DNA from: an uncultured cyanobacterium | GTDB lineage: Bacteria; Cyanobacteriota; Cyanobacteriia; Phormidesmidales; Phormidesmidaceae | DNA length: 64,000 bases | Direction: 5' to 3' | Assembly: GCA_963793265.1 (NCBI GenBank) | Contig: CAWBZI010000002.1 | Span: 672,001-736,000, forward strand | Notes under the pieces: model-generated | What the model was told of the DNA's origin: nothing | Seen by the model: only the letters and a program-made list of their open reading frames with translations | Database searches by the model: none | Shown here: positions 39,645-51,500 of the stretch, in pieces | How positions within the stretch are numbered: the first letter of the stretch is position 1 | Layout of the letters: each line of letters starts with the position of its first letter | Translations under genes and position numbers: made by a program

Positions 39645-39721
39645 AGGAAGTCGTTCTAATTGATAAGTGCAGCTTTGACGAAGAATGGGAGGGTCAAGTC
39701 AGATTTCTTCCCTTACGATAG
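39641..39721 (+). pseudogene. C-terminal remnant of a DUF5615 PIN-like toxin
   Basis: IEEVVLIDKCSFDEEWEGQVRFLPLR* with no start codon, abutting the DUF433 stop; resembles the usual C-terminus of DUF433-linked DUF5615 proteins. Confidence 0.7.
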
Positions 39722-39819
39722 AAAAGTAGCTAACGCTCATCAGATAGAACAACAAGGCTGTCGTTGCTAATTGGTTGTCGTATCTTTAGGGAAGAGACAG
39801 TGGCACAGGTTCGGCACAG

Positions 39820-41004
39820 TTAAGCAGCCTTGCTAAGCTTCTCGAATTCCTGCCAGCACAGGTACATTGCACGTGGTACGTGAAAGCAGCCTTTCCATTT
39901 ACCACCTTTTAGAGGCAGTAGCACCTCTCCTCGACGGTTGAGATAGCCGTACCACTCACCATGTTCAGCATCCGAAAAGTGCTTCCATGTATAGTCATGC
40001 ACCTTTTGATACCAGACCCAGCAATCTTCTCGTCCGGTGAGTCGGTAGGACATGGCTAAGGCCACCAGCGTTTCTAAGTGCACCCACCACAGCTTTTGAT
40101 CCCATTCTAGCTGTTGCGGCGGCTGGCCTTGCACGTCTATAAAGTAAAAGAGGCCGCCGTATTGCTCATCCCAGGCGAATTTGAGAATGTTGAGCATTAC
40201 ATCGGTGGCGCGGTTGCTGAGGGCGGTGTTGTTTTGTCGCTCAGCTATGGCCATCATGAACCACATCGCCTCGATGCCATGCCCAGGATTAATCAGTCGT
40301 CCTTCGTAGCAGTCAACCAGCTTACCTTTTGGCCCTACGTGCTCATACATTAGGCCACCGTGCAAAAAGTCTTCCATCACTTCTCGCACGGTCGTATTAA
40401 GCACCGCATCTAGCTGATCGTCTGCTAAGAGCCAGTCCATTTCGAGCGATAGATTAGCGAGAATCATCGGTACGGCTAAAGACTTTAGCTGCCGCGTACC
40501 CGGATAAGCTTTGTTGTACTTTCCCTTCGGATTATCCTGGCGGCGCAACACATTATGATAAGCCTGCAATGCAATCTCTTTAGCAGAGGTTTTGGCCTGC
40601 TCATCGTCAGCCGCTAGGGCGTATTGACTAAACGCCATCGCTGCAAAGCAATCTGAAAAAATATTGTAAGGCTGTGTCAATGGCTGGCCCGTTCGATTTA
40701 GCGAGAAGTACCAGTTACCTGTGTCATCGCGTCCGTGCTGCGCTAAGAAGTCTGCTCCGTGCTTAGCGATCGCTAGCCAGCTTGCTTTGGGCTCTAACTG
40801 ATTACACAGCGTAGAAAACATCCACACCTGACGATTTTGTAGCCAAATAAACTTGTCTGTGTCGTACACATTGCCGCTGCGATCCAGGCAGGTGAAGTAG
40901 CCACCGTAGTCACGATCGATTGAATGCTTTTCCCAAAAGGGAATCACGTTTTCTAGCAGCGTCGTTTTGTACAGGGCAGATAGATCGGCAAAATCGAAAG
41001 TCAT
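39820..41004 (-). CDS. AGE family epimerase (N-acylglucosamine 2-epimerase)
   Basis: [41 protein letters not shown]. Confidence 0.92.
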   Translation of the reverse strand: MTFDFADLSALYKTTLLENVIPFWEKHSIDRDYGGYFTCLDRSGNVYDTDKFIWLQNRQVWMFSTLCNQLEPKASWLAIAKHGADFLAQHGRDDTGNWYFSLNRTGQPLTQPYNIFSDCFAAMAFSQYALAADDEQAKTSAKEIALQAYHNVLRRQDNPKGKYNKAYPGTRQLKSLAVPMILANLSLEMDWLLADDQLDAVLNTTVREVMEDFLHGGLMYEHVGPKGKLVDCYEGRLINPGHGIEAMWFMMAIAERQNNTALSNRATDVMLNILKFAWDEQYGGLFYFIDVQGQPPQQLEWDQKLWWVHLETLVALAMSYRLTGREDCWVWYQKVHDYTWKHFSDAEHGEWYGYLNRRGEVLLPLKGGKWKGCFHVPRAMYLCWQEFEKLSKAA

Positions 41005-41244
41005 TCGAGGGCTTCGTTAATAGGAACACCACTCTTAAGTATTCGCTACCGCCTGACTCAAGACAAGCCAAAAACAAGTTTATTTGTTGGGTTGAACGGG
41101 GCACCTTAGCGCTACAGCGAGGCTTTGGTAGATGATCGCTGGATTATTGCCCGGAGGGGCCAGCTCAGTTCTTGTAGATAGGTATAAGGAAAAGTGTTTT
41201 TTTTACTGACATCCCTGCTTGTTTCCATATACGGACAGGTCTTT

Positions 41245-43293
41245 ATGCCTCCTACTCCAGACCTTCAAGGCTCTACTAACCAAACAACTCATCAAGCCTC
41301 GCGCGTTTCTCACGGGCGAAGCTGGCTAAAAACTGGGGCCGTTACCAGTGCCGCTGCTGGGATGGTGCTGCCGCTGGTGACTGAGCAGGCTGCTGCCTAC
41401 CCAAACGTATCTACTGAAACCGCCACCACTACGCAGGCGGATCAAACAAAGCGGCCATCTACAGAAGCCGCCACTAATCGCAGCCAAGGCGTCCGTCCGG
41501 CAGCTAATCCGAATACTCAAGCTAGGTTCAGCGCGAATGCCGCTGCGGCTTCACAGCTTCCTTTAATTACGCAGAGTGCAGACGGTAGCTGGACACTGAC
41601 CCGCCAGCCTGATGCGACCGTGCGATCGCAATCCACTCTCACTCAGCTCTCTGCTGCTGCCGCTAGCACCCAGCAAAAGTGCGCCGACAAAAACTGCCGG
41701 GGTCTTACCTTCATTGACGGTCAGCTCCCTAAAGCACAGAGGGAAGTAGAAGCATTGCAGGCCAAAATCCGAGACTTTGAGGCCCGTTACGCGCAGCAAG
41801 ACATGACGGCATATCAGCAGGCGTTAGCGAGCCGCCTTGCCGAAATTACTCAGCAAAAAAGCCAGCTTGCTATTAGCACTGACCAAACTCAGCAGCGCAT
41901 TACTCAGATCAAAGTACAGCTTGCCAATATGGACGCTGAGATTGGGCTTGCCGAGAAGGCGCTTGCTGAAGATGTGGCCTATCAAACGGCCTGGGACAGG
42001 TTGGCGCGTTCAGAGAACGACCTGCTTGAAGAATTTAGTAAAGTCGATATTGATGCGACGGCGCTTAACGAAATTTACGGCGACTACGAATATAACCAGC
42101 GCGTGCTGGCAGAAAAGGCCACCGAAGCACTCGGCAGCTATCTATCTCAGCAGGGCACCAACATCCCTAGCTTTATTCAGCGTGTGCCTGAGTCGGCAAG
42201 CTACGTGCAGGCTTTGGCTGTCGCTACGCACGAATATAAAGTGCAACAGCTCAGACAAAATACCATTGGTCAGATTGAACGCAGGCTTAAAACTCGCCAG
42301 GCTTCACTCGCAGGGAATGTGGGCGAATACGAGCAGCTACAGCGTCAGTTAGAAACGGCCCTTAGCACCCTGAATCGCTACGAGCAGGAACGTAATGCGA
42401 TCGCAATCAGAGGCCAGCGGGCTCAGCAGCTCAAAACACAAAGCGCCACTGCTTTGAACCGTGCCAAGGAGATAGCGCCGAAGCTTCCTAACGGCTCGAC
42501 CGCCCAAGCAATTATCTATACGGTGCTAGCAGCAGGCGCCGTTGCGGCTATTAGCGCCTATCGCAAGACGAAAAGGCCGACTGCTATTCCTATTCTTGAG
42601 CTGAACGGCGTCAATCTGCAAAGTGGCGGGCAAGCTAGCAAACCAGCAAAGTCGTTTAACTTTGCAGCAGATAGTTTGAAGCGATCGCAGCCTGAAATGC
42701 AGCTTGCGGGCGTTGGCAATATGGCGATCGCATCCCAAACTCTCACGCCCAAAACCAAAGGGCTCAAAACACACGATCATCAGCTCAGCCTAGATGAAAT
42801 ATTAGAAGGGAAAGCACCCGTCGAGGAGTCTACTGATGACTTTGAAGCACGGATACTCGCTGAGCTGATGGAAATTACGAACCAGTCAGTGCAGGTTGTC
42901 AGCGAGCCGGGTAAAGACGAGCCAGATCAAGCGGATCAGGCGGAGGCGAATATGGAGACAGAGAGCTTAACTGACGATCTTGCGATTGAGATGATGTCGC
43001 GTGAGCTGAGTGAACTGATAGAGCGCTCGACGCCAGAAGGGAGTTTGACCCATGAGATTAATGCGCGGGCGATCGCGCCGGTTAAACTATCGCTCGACGA
43101 CGTTGACCTATTCGCTGAGCACGCTATTCGCTGGATTCTCAAAGATCTTGGCCTCGCCCGCCCGGTGGCGACGTTGAGCCCAGCTGAGGCCGACTTCAGA
43201 ACAGCAGCAGGCGTTCCTCTAGATGAGGATCTTGTAGACGAAGCTATTGACATTGAATCATTGGAGCTGGTTTATGCTGAGGCGCTGGCTTAA
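41245..43293 (+). CDS. coiled-coil membrane protein, distantly GumC/Wzz-like
   Basis: N-terminal hydrophobic segment, long Q/L/E coiled coil (FIDGQLP..LQRQLE), TM AIIYTVLAAGAVAAI, acidic tail. Confidence 0.6.
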   Translation: MPPTPDLQGSTNQTTHQASRVSHGRSWLKTGAVTSAAAGMVLPLVTEQAAAYPNVSTETATTTQADQTKRPSTEAATNRSQGVRPAANPNTQARFSANAAAASQLPLITQSADGSWTLTRQPDATVRSQSTLTQLSAAAASTQQKCADKNCRGLTFIDGQLPKAQREVEALQAKIRDFEARYAQQDMTAYQQALASRLAEITQQKSQLAISTDQTQQRITQIKVQLANMDAEIGLAEKALAEDVAYQTAWDRLARSENDLLEEFSKVDIDATALNEIYGDYEYNQRVLAEKATEALGSYLSQQGTNIPSFIQRVPESASYVQALAVATHEYKVQQLRQNTIGQIERRLKTRQASLAGNVGEYEQLQRQLETALSTLNRYEQERNAIAIRGQRAQQLKTQSATALNRAKEIAPKLPNGSTAQAIIYTVLAAGAVAAISAYRKTKRPTAIPILELNGVNLQSGGQASKPAKSFNFAADSLKRSQPEMQLAGVGNMAIASQTLTPKTKGLKTHDHQLSLDEILEGKAPVEESTDDFEARILAELMEITNQSVQVVSEPGKDEPDQADQAEANMETESLTDDLAIEMMSRELSELIERSTPEGSLTHEINARAIAPVKLSLDDVDLFAEHAIRWILKDLGLARPVATLSPAEADFRTAAGVPLDEDLVDEAIDIESLELVYAEALA

Positions 43294-43402
43294 GAACTAA
43301 GACGTGGGAGCTAGCGGAATGCTTGCGTTCTTCTTTTTAGTAGAGTCTTTAGGACGGAGATTTTGCTATAGTCCATAGCTTATTCTCCTCAAAAGCTTTG
43401 CT

Positions 43403-45187
43403 ATGACTCCCACTTCTCGCCAGCCCTTTAAGCGTTTGTTGGCCTACGGCCATCAATACCGTAACCGGGCGTGGCTAGCTAGCCTTTGTTCTGTCCTTAA
43501 CACCGTATTCGACCTTGCGCCCCCCGCTTTAATTGGCGTTGCGATTGACATCGTAGTCGATCAGCAAAACTCTCTTTTGGCCCAGTGGAGCATCACGGAC
43601 TTAAGAACGCAATTCATCGTTCTTTCTCTCCTCACCTTTTTGGTGTGGGTACTCGAATCTGCCTTTCAATACGCCTACGAGCTGCTATGGCGTAACCTCG
43701 CCCAGTCTATGCAGCACGATTTGCGTATGGACGCTTACCAGCACGTGCAGCAGCTAGAACTCGCCTACTTTGAAGACCGCAGCACGGGCGACTTGATGGC
43801 AATGCTCAATGACGACATCAATCAGCTAGAACGCTTTTTAGACGTAGGCGCAAACCGTATATTGCAGATGATTGCAACCGTGTTGATTATTGGTACGACC
43901 TTTTTCATCCTCGCGCCAACCTTAGCCTGGATGGCTGTGGTGCCGATGCCGATTATTATTTGGGGCGCGATCGCCTTTCAAAAGTACCTCACCCCCCGCT
44001 ACGCCAGCGTCCGCGAAAGAGCGGGCCTGATCAACGCTCGCCTAGCCAACAACCTCACCGGCATCTCAACGATTAAAAGCTTCACTTCCGAGGGTTACGA
44101 ACTAGAACAGCTTCGGCATGAAAGTAACGCCTACCGAAAGAGCAACAAACGCGCGATTGTCCTCAGCGCGGCCTTTCTTCCCCTCATCCGTATCGTCATT
44201 TTAATCGGCTTCACTGGCATTCTCTTTTATGGTGGACTTGCTACCGCCGCCGGGAACATAGAACCCGGCACCTACACTGTTCTAGTCTTTCTCACTCAGC
44301 GGCTACTCTGGCCGCTCACGCGGCTTGGTGAAACGCTCGATCAGTACCAACGCGCCATGGCTTCCACACAAAGGGTTATGAACTTGCTTGACACGCCGAT
44401 TGCTATCCCAACCGGCACCGTGGCCCTACCGCCAGCTCAAGTAAGCGGTGGTATTGTGTTTGAGAATGTCACCTTTGGCTATAGCGATCGCCAGCCTATT
44501 CTCAACAATCTTTCTCTGAAGATTCCCGCTGGTAAAACAACCGCCATCGTAGGGGCAACCGGCTCAGGAAAAAGCACCCTTGTAAAACTGTTACTTCGCT
44601 TTTATGAAGTGAACTCAGGCCACATATTTTTAGATGGATTAGACCTTCAATCACTAGACTTCAGAGATCTTCGCCGTTCCATCGGTCTTGTGAGCCAGGA
44701 TGTCTTTTTGTTCCATGGCTCAGTTGCTCAAAACATCGCCTACGGCAGCTTTAATGCCACCATGGCTGAAATCACAGCGGCGGCAAAAATTGCAGAAGCG
44801 CACGACTTCATTGAGGGACTACCGTCTGGGTACGAAACCGTTGTAGGAGAACGGGGACAAAAGCTCTCAGGCGGACAGCGGCAGCGGCTAGCGATCGCCC
44901 GAGCCCTGCTCAAAAATCCTCCTATCCTCATTCTTGACGAAGCCACCTCAGCCGTGGATAACGAGACAGAAGCCGCGATTCAAAAGTCTTTAGAGCGCAT
45001 TACTCAAGATCGAACCGTGATTGCGATCGCCCATCGCCTTTCCACCGTTCGCAATGCTAACTGCATCTATGTAATGGAACAGGGCAAGCTTGTTGAAAGC
45101 GGTACGCATGAACAGTTGTTAGATAAGAATGGTTTATATGCAGGGCTTTGGAGAGTTCAAACCGGGGAGCCAATGAGGGTCAGCTAG
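43403..45187 (+). CDS. ABC transporter ATP-binding/permease fusion (MsbA-like exporter)
   Basis: TM domain plus [22 protein letters not shown]. Confidence 0.96.
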   Translation: MTPTSRQPFKRLLAYGHQYRNRAWLASLCSVLNTVFDLAPPALIGVAIDIVVDQQNSLLAQWSITDLRTQFIVLSLLTFLVWVLESAFQYAYELLWRNLAQSMQHDLRMDAYQHVQQLELAYFEDRSTGDLMAMLNDDINQLERFLDVGANRILQMIATVLIIGTTFFILAPTLAWMAVVPMPIIIWGAIAFQKYLTPRYASVRERAGLINARLANNLTGISTIKSFTSEGYELEQLRHESNAYRKSNKRAIVLSAAFLPLIRIVILIGFTGILFYGGLATAAGNIEPGTYTVLVFLTQRLLWPLTRLGETLDQYQRAMASTQRVMNLLDTPIAIPTGTVALPPAQVSGGIVFENVTFGYSDRQPILNNLSLKIPAGKTTAIVGATGSGKSTLVKLLLRFYEVNSGHIFLDGLDLQSLDFRDLRRSIGLVSQDVFLFHGSVAQNIAYGSFNATMAEITAAAKIAEAHDFIEGLPSGYETVVGERGQKLSGGQRQRLAIARALLKNPPILILDEATSAVDNETEAAIQKSLERITQDRTVIAIAHRLSTVRNANCIYVMEQGKLVESGTHEQLLDKNGLYAGLWRVQTGEPMRVS

Positions 45188-47151
45188 TCTCTTAGCGCCT
45201 CAAGATTGCCTTGAGCGCTGCTAGCGGCAGACGCATCGCCCTGACCCTGGTAAAGCGCGATCGCCTGTTCAAAGTCAGCCTGAGCCTCGCGCCGATTACC
45301 CGACTGAGCCGCTGCCGACCCCCGCAAGTAGTAAGCATCTGCATTGCGAGGATTCAAGGTAATGACTCTTGAAACAGCGCGCGCGGCTTCTCTGTAGTTA
45401 GCCGCCTCAAAATAAGCCTGCGCCTGCTCTAAGTAAGTGCGCTCGTAATTGATTCCTCTAAACCGCCGCTCCAGGCTAGAGATAGCGTTAAAGCTGCCAG
45501 TCCGATAGCCGTAAACGGCCGGTCTGTAGCCCATTGCCTGACGCACTTCGTCATTGGTAATTGTCTGCAAAGACTTGCCATCAGCGATCGCCTCAGCCAT
45601 CGCGATCGCCAGCCCCTCACCCACGCTCACATTAAACTCAACAATCCGCCCCGCCGTCGTGCCCAGTCCGCCAAAACCAGAAGCCGGGCCTAACACCGCC
45701 AAATTCTCTTTCTCTCTTGGCAAAGTATGACGGAAGCCGTAGTTAAACACGGGCATTTGCTCAAAGTTCAGCAGCCGCAAAGCCGTCTCATTGAGCCGGT
45801 CGTCTAGTCCCTCAATGCCGCCACGGTCGTCTAGATGATAGCCAAACGTTCCGAGCGCTTCATTTTGAGGCACCCCGCCTGCGGCCATCAGCGTTGCCGA
45901 TAGCTCATCAATCGGGTTGGCAATGTGCCCAGCGTTGCGGATGTATAGCTCCTCCATCACCTCAACTCGGGGGACGCCCATTTTGCCAAAGAGATCTTTT
46001 ATCTCAGCGGCCATGGCCCGAATCTCTCCATTGGGCGCACCGCCTGAAGAGCTAAGCTGCTGCGCGGTTTGAGAATTTGCGTAAAACAACAGCGCATTAA
46101 AGCTTAAACGGTCGTCCAAAATGGCGATATTGGCCCGATCAAACAAAAAGCCTGACGATTTGAGGTCGTATTCTTTGCCTAAGTAGCCATGTACCAAAAT
46201 GCTGAAGGCCAAAGAGCGTACATCAGCAGAATCAGGGGTGCCCTGGTAAAGGAGTTTGGGAGTGCGATCACGATCAATCAAGCTATTCAGTAGCTCTTGC
46301 CGCTTCTCGGGGTCATTCCCACTGGCTACCGATAGCCACTGCTGCGCCTGCGTATCTTGCGGATCAAAAAAGCGGTAGATCATTTCGAGTTCTACCGCTT
46401 TTAAGCGCTCAATATCAACGTTGTACAGATCAAAAATTAGACCCATGCTCAACGTACTATCAGGAAAGCCCAGCGCCTCTAATCCTTGAGACATTGCAAC
46501 GCCGCTTGCTGCTGCTAGCTCACCGCTTTGGCTCGCGTCAATAAACTGCTTGGCTGCGTAAGTTTTACCATTACTTGTCAGCGCGCATACCAAAGTGCCC
46601 GCCGTTTGCACCTCGCCTAAGTCAGCTTTATCAATCACCGTGATGCCCTCACTGCGGAGCACGCGCGCAAAATTGCGAGTGACTACAAAGCGATCGAGCG
46701 CAATCGTGTTAACCCCGCCCAGTGAGAGAAATTCTTGATACAGGCGGCTGGGACGGCCAAAAATACCGTATTGCGATCGCAGCGCAGGCGGCACCTGATT
46801 GCGGTCGAGGTAGGCCAGCCCGCCTCGTACTAAGTGTCCGCCGATGCCTTTGGCCGTGTCGCCTTCAGTAATTAAAGCGACCTGATTACTCTGGCCTCGG
46901 TTGCCCAGCTCTCGCTTTAGCTGTAGCGCTGTCATTACGCCCGGCACCTCATCACCAAACACAATCGCGTCGTAGCCCTGCGCGTTGGGAATGGCGGGGC
47001 AAGTTGGCTGAGCGGATGACTCACCAGGCTCTACGCCTTCAGCTTTTGCAATTTCGGGCACCTGCTTAGATACCTGCGCGATCGCAGAGGTTTGCCCAAA
47101 TCCTGCTGCCAGCGCAACGCCAACAGACAAAGAAAGTAAAAACTTCCGCAT
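45184..47151 (-). CDS. secreted FAD-dependent oxidoreductase family protein with C-terminal TPR
   Basis: Signal peptide, [13 protein letters not shown] (degenerate dinucleotide-binding motif), [29 protein letters not shown]. Confidence 0.75.
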   Translation of the reverse strand: MRKFLLSLSVGVALAAGFGQTSAIAQVSKQVPEIAKAEGVEPGESSAQPTCPAIPNAQGYDAIVFGDEVPGVMTALQLKRELGNRGQSNQVALITEGDTAKGIGGHLVRGGLAYLDRNQVPPALRSQYGIFGRPSRLYQEFLSLGGVNTIALDRFVVTRNFARVLRSEGITVIDKADLGEVQTAGTLVCALTSNGKTYAAKQFIDASQSGELAAASGVAMSQGLEALGFPDSTLSMGLIFDLYNVDIERLKAVELEMIYRFFDPQDTQAQQWLSVASGNDPEKRQELLNSLIDRDRTPKLLYQGTPDSADVRSLAFSILVHGYLGKEYDLKSSGFLFDRANIAILDDRLSFNALLFYANSQTAQQLSSSGGAPNGEIRAMAAEIKDLFGKMGVPRVEVMEELYIRNAGHIANPIDELSATLMAAGGVPQNEALGTFGYHLDDRGGIEGLDDRLNETALRLLNFEQMPVFNYGFRHTLPREKENLAVLGPASGFGGLGTTAGRIVEFNVSVGEGLAIAMAEAIADGKSLQTITNDEVRQAMGYRPAVYGYRTGSFNAISSLERRFRGINYERTYLEQAQAYFEAANYREAARAVSRVITLNPRNADAYYLRGSAAAQSGNRREAQADFEQAIALYQGQGDASAASSAQGNLEALRD

Positions 47152-47337
47152 AAAAAACCCTTAACCTGAGGCCAAAAACCGACAAACAGTAAAATACTAT
47201 AGAAAAGACACTATAGGAATTGCCGTAAAGATCGTGTGATCTGTGTACAACATTACAATGCTATCTGCCCCTTTCAGCAAGCTTAGGGTACTTATGATCA
47301 TGTATTCATCGACACTTTAAATTTAGCGAAACAGCCG

Positions 47338-48102
47338 TCAAATAATCAGCCAAACGGCCAGCCCCCAGAAGGGAACGAAGCGCAAAAGCCGTCTGCTGTC
47401 GTCTGCTGTCATCACAGCGCCCATCAGCCAGATTTGAAAGAGCCAAAACAAAATCAAATCTACGCAAAATGCAATCGTGACTCTATCGGTGGTGAGCTTG
47501 TGTAAAAAGTATTGAATGCGCTGGGTAATTGGGCCGAATTCAGGGCGCGCTATGCAAAACCAGGCGATCGCGCCTGTCCCGATAGTCAGCCCGATGACGC
47601 CAAAGACACGCGCCAGTAAACCCTTCTCGGGCTTGCTTTTTTCTGTGGGCTCAACCACCATCTCAGGCCCGCTCAATCTCAGCGCCATATACGGAATTAA
47701 AAACACGTTCGTTAGAAACATCGCCGCACTCCAGAGCAGCACTCTTGGCAAATTCCGTCCACGCGGGTCTAAAAGCAGCAGCGGCAAAAACATGAAGATC
47801 CATGCCTCTGCAAAGTTAAAGAAAGCCTCCGAAGCCGGATGCACCACAGGCCCGGAGATGCCGATCAGCGGCTCTAATACAAAGCCTAAAATAGGCACAA
47901 CAAAAAAGAAATTTAGCGATTCAGCCGCAATCTCTTTTAGCGTATCGGCCTGCACCGCCCAAATCGGTTCACCCGGCAGCAGTTGTCCTGGCGCAGAGAG
48001 CAGCAGCACCGCGACATACGTTACCACTAAAACCCATAGCAGCTTAGGAAGCCAGCGGTTAGAAGTGTCGTAAGTATTCTCTTCGTTAAGACTCTCAGAC
48101 AT
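47338..48102 (-). CDS. conserved multi-pass membrane protein
   Basis: 254 aa, about 6 TM segments, AMFLTNVFLIPYMALR. Confidence 0.75.
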   Translation of the reverse strand: MSESLNEENTYDTSNRWLPKLLWVLVVTYVAVLLLSAPGQLLPGEPIWAVQADTLKEIAAESLNFFFVVPILGFVLEPLIGISGPVVHPASEAFFNFAEAWIFMFLPLLLLDPRGRNLPRVLLWSAAMFLTNVFLIPYMALRLSGPEMVVEPTEKSKPEKGLLARVFGVIGLTIGTGAIAWFCIARPEFGPITQRIQYFLHKLTTDRVTIAFCVDLILFWLFQIWLMGAVMTADDSRRLLRFVPFWGLAVWLII

Positions 48103-48108
48103 CTCTTC

Positions 48109-48546
48109 TCAACTTCCTGGCTTCAAAAACTTCCGGGCCAGCGGCGTCACAGCTTTGATAATGGCAAACGCAACTTTACCTAGTTTCACAGGTGACTCCA
48201 CTACGTCGCGCCCGTAGATCAACAGCCCAGACTCAGGAGACATTTTATAAAAGCTTGCCCCGCGCGTATTCGGGAAAACAGCGCCGCCCAATTCCACATG
48301 CCAGGTTATACCGACCGACAGCTCGCCGCCTGTTGTGATCTCATCAATCACAAACTTAAAGTCGTCCGGCACGCTGCTAATAGAGTCTTCAAAAAGCTTT
48401 CTAACCGCTGCTTTGCCGCTAAAAGCGCTTGGAAAGTTGAGGTCTTGATAGACGCAGTTCTCATCCACATAAGTCATCGCCGCATCTAAATCGCGCTGAT
48501 TAATAGCGGCATACAGAGCGGTAATTTTCTCATTGGCTGACATCAT
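48109..48546 (-). CDS. NTF2/SnoaL-like protein
   Basis: LYAAINQRDL..CVYQDLNF..FVIDE..WH..RGASFY..YGRDVVE. Confidence 0.88.
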   Translation of the reverse strand: MMSANEKITALYAAINQRDLDAAMTYVDENCVYQDLNFPSAFSGKAAVRKLFEDSISSVPDDFKFVIDEITTGGELSVGITWHVELGGAVFPNTRGASFYKMSPESGLLIYGRDVVESPVKLGKVAFAIIKAVTPLARKFLKPGS

Positions 48547-48592
48547 GGGAAAACTGAAGATGCTGTGAGGATGTTAGATCAGGTGTTGACAT

Positions 48593-51500
48593 ATGGATGC
48601 GATCGCTCAACCCAAAGGCTATCGCCTTAGCGAAAAACTCTACGAAGGATCACGCACCTTAGTGTACAGAGGATTGCGCGAGCGCGACCAGCAGCCTGTT
48701 GTGATCAAATTTGTTAACGACGCCTTCCCCAGCTATAGCGAGCTGATTAAATTCAGCAGTCAGTATAGTATCGTCAAAGACCTTGATCTGCCAGAATTAG
48801 TGCACTCACTGGCTCTCATTCCTCACGGCAACGCCAGCGCTTTAGTCATGGAAGACTTTGGCGGCATCGATCTCAATCATTTTTTAGACCAAGAAAGTCA
48901 GCAAGGTCACTTAGATCGCAAGCTTGGTAACAGCCGCGCTGGGCTTATCCTCTTTTTCCAAATCGCGATTCAAGTGACTGAAGCGCTAGCGGGTATTAAC
49001 CGCGCCAGAATCATTCACAAAGACATCAAGCCTGCTAATATTCTTATTCATCCTCACAGCCTGCAAGTTAAGCTAATTGACTTCAGCATCGCCTCTACCC
49101 TCCCGCGCGAGATTCAAGAGATTCAAAACCCAAACGTTTTAGAAGGCACGCTGGCCTATCTCTCGCCTGAGCAAACGGGTCGGATGAATCGCGGGATTGA
49201 CTACCGCAGCGACTTCTACTCTTTGGGCGTCACCTGCTACGAACTCCTCACCGGGCAGCTTCCTTTTGTCTCTCAAGACCCGATGGAAATTGTGCATGGG
49301 CATTTGGCCAAGCGGCCCGTCTCGCCGTATGAGCTGAGCGGTGAAGCGATGCCGAAGATAGTGTCAGATTTGGTGCTGAAGCTGATGGCGAAAAATGCTG
49401 AAGATCGCTACCAGAGCGCTTTTGGATTGAAGCATGACTTGGAGAGATGTTTGTATGAGCTGAAGGAAACTGATCACATTGAGCCCTTTCGGCTAGGACA
49501 AAAAGATGCGAGCGATCGCTTCCTACTCTCCGAAAAACTCTACGGCCGTCAAACTGAGGTTTCTCACCTGCTAGCGGCCTTCGATCGCGCCAGCCAGGGC
49601 AACACCGAACTGATGCTGATTGCAGGCGCATCGGGCATGGGCAAAACTGCCGTGGTCGGTGAGGTGCACAAGCCTATCGTGCAGCAGCGCGGCTACTTCA
49701 TTCAAGGTAAGTACGACCAGCTTGAGCGCAGTGTGCCGCTATCGGCTTTCATTCAAGCTTTTAGCGAGCTAGTCAAGCGATTGCTCAGCGAAAGCGATGC
49801 ACAAATACATCAGTGGCAGCAACAGATTACGCAGGCGCTAGGAGAAGATGTTCGAGCGCTGGTTGACATTATTCCTGATTTGGCAAATATTGTCGGCCCT
49901 TGTTGTCAATCAGTGATTGAAGAGAATGCGCCTTCACCTTCTGTTCAAGAGAGAGCGGTTGCCGAAAATCGGCTGAACTGTCTGATTCAAAAGTTTGTGG
50001 AGATTTTTACGCGATCGCAACACCCCTTAGTCATCTTTCTAGACGACCTACAGTGGGCCGACACCGCCTCGCTTGAACTGTTACAGCTTTTGATGAAAGA
50101 TGACGGTCACTTACTTATTATCGGAGCCTACAGAGATAACGAAGTCAGCAGTAGCCATCCTCTCATCACTAGCTTAGAGAGCATCCGCACCGCTCGCATT
50201 CGGGCCACTCGCAAACCCAACATCAACCTGCTCACGCTCTCTCAGCTCAATGAAATAGACCTTACCCACCTAGTTGCAGATACGCTTTTTAGCTCTCAAG
50301 AACTTGCCGTACCCCTAGCCGAACTCATCTATCAAAGAACAGGTGGCAATCCATTCTTTGCACGTCAGCTCTTAGTCGCGCTTCAAGCTGAAAACCAGAT
50401 CTGCTTCAATCCTAACGCTCGTCATTGGCAATACGATTTATCTCAGATAAAAGCAGCACTGCCCACCGACAGCATTCTAGAACTCATGAGTTTGCGGCTA
50501 AAAAAGCTGCCAATAGCCACCCAAACAACCCTCCAGCTTGCCGCCTGTATCGGCGCTCAGTTTGACCTGGCAACGCTAGCAACCGCCGCTGAACAGCCAT
50601 CAACAACCGTTGCTACCAACCTCTGGCTTGCCCTACAAGAAGAACTTGTTGTACCCATTGACAACGGCTATCGTGCGTTCACGCTTCAAGATACGGCAGT
50701 CATAGCAACTGTTAATCCAACCTATCGTTTCTTTCACGACCGCATACAGCAAGCGGCCTACGGGCTTATGGAGCCAACAAAGCAGGCTCAGACACACCGC
50801 AGCATTGGGCACCGGCTACTTCAACAAAGTGATTCGAGGCGTGAGCTAGATAAACAACTTTTTGATATCGTCAACCATCTCAATCAGGGCATTGAGCTGA
50901 TAGAAACAGAGGAAGAGCGTGATCGCCTAATTACCCTGAACCTTAGCGCCGGACGAAAAGCCAAGACTACCTATGCTTACAGCGCCGCGCTTAGCTACAT
51001 AAAAACGGGCATTGAGCGACTCTCACCCCGTCATAGGTGGCAAACCGATTGCGCACTCGCACTCTATAACGAAGCTGCTGAAGTGGCTTATCTTATTGGC
51101 GACTTAGTAGCCATGCAGGCATACATCGATAAAATCTTGCAGCAAGACATTCCTCTACTCGACAAAGTTCGCGCCCACGAAATTCATCTTCAGGCCACTA
51201 TTAGCCAAAATTACTTTCTCCAAAGCGTAGACACCACACTCGATCTATTAGATCAGCTCGGAGAGACAATTCCTCACGCGCCTCAGCCTGACGAGATTCA
51301 ACAGTGCTTACAGATCACGGCACAGCGAATTCGTAAGCACAGCCTCGATACGCTCGTAGATCTTCCGGCAATGGAAGACTCGCAGTCATTAGTCATTGTT
51401 CGGCTGCTCAACAAAGCGATCTCAGCCGCCTACATTGCCAAGCCTGAAGTATTACCACTGCTAGTATGTGCTGGCATTAACCGCTGCTTGCAGTTTGGAA

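Noticed and set aside
47235..47250. CRP/SyCRP-like site TGTGA-TCTGTG-TACAA
   Set aside because: The right half-site matches TCACA poorly
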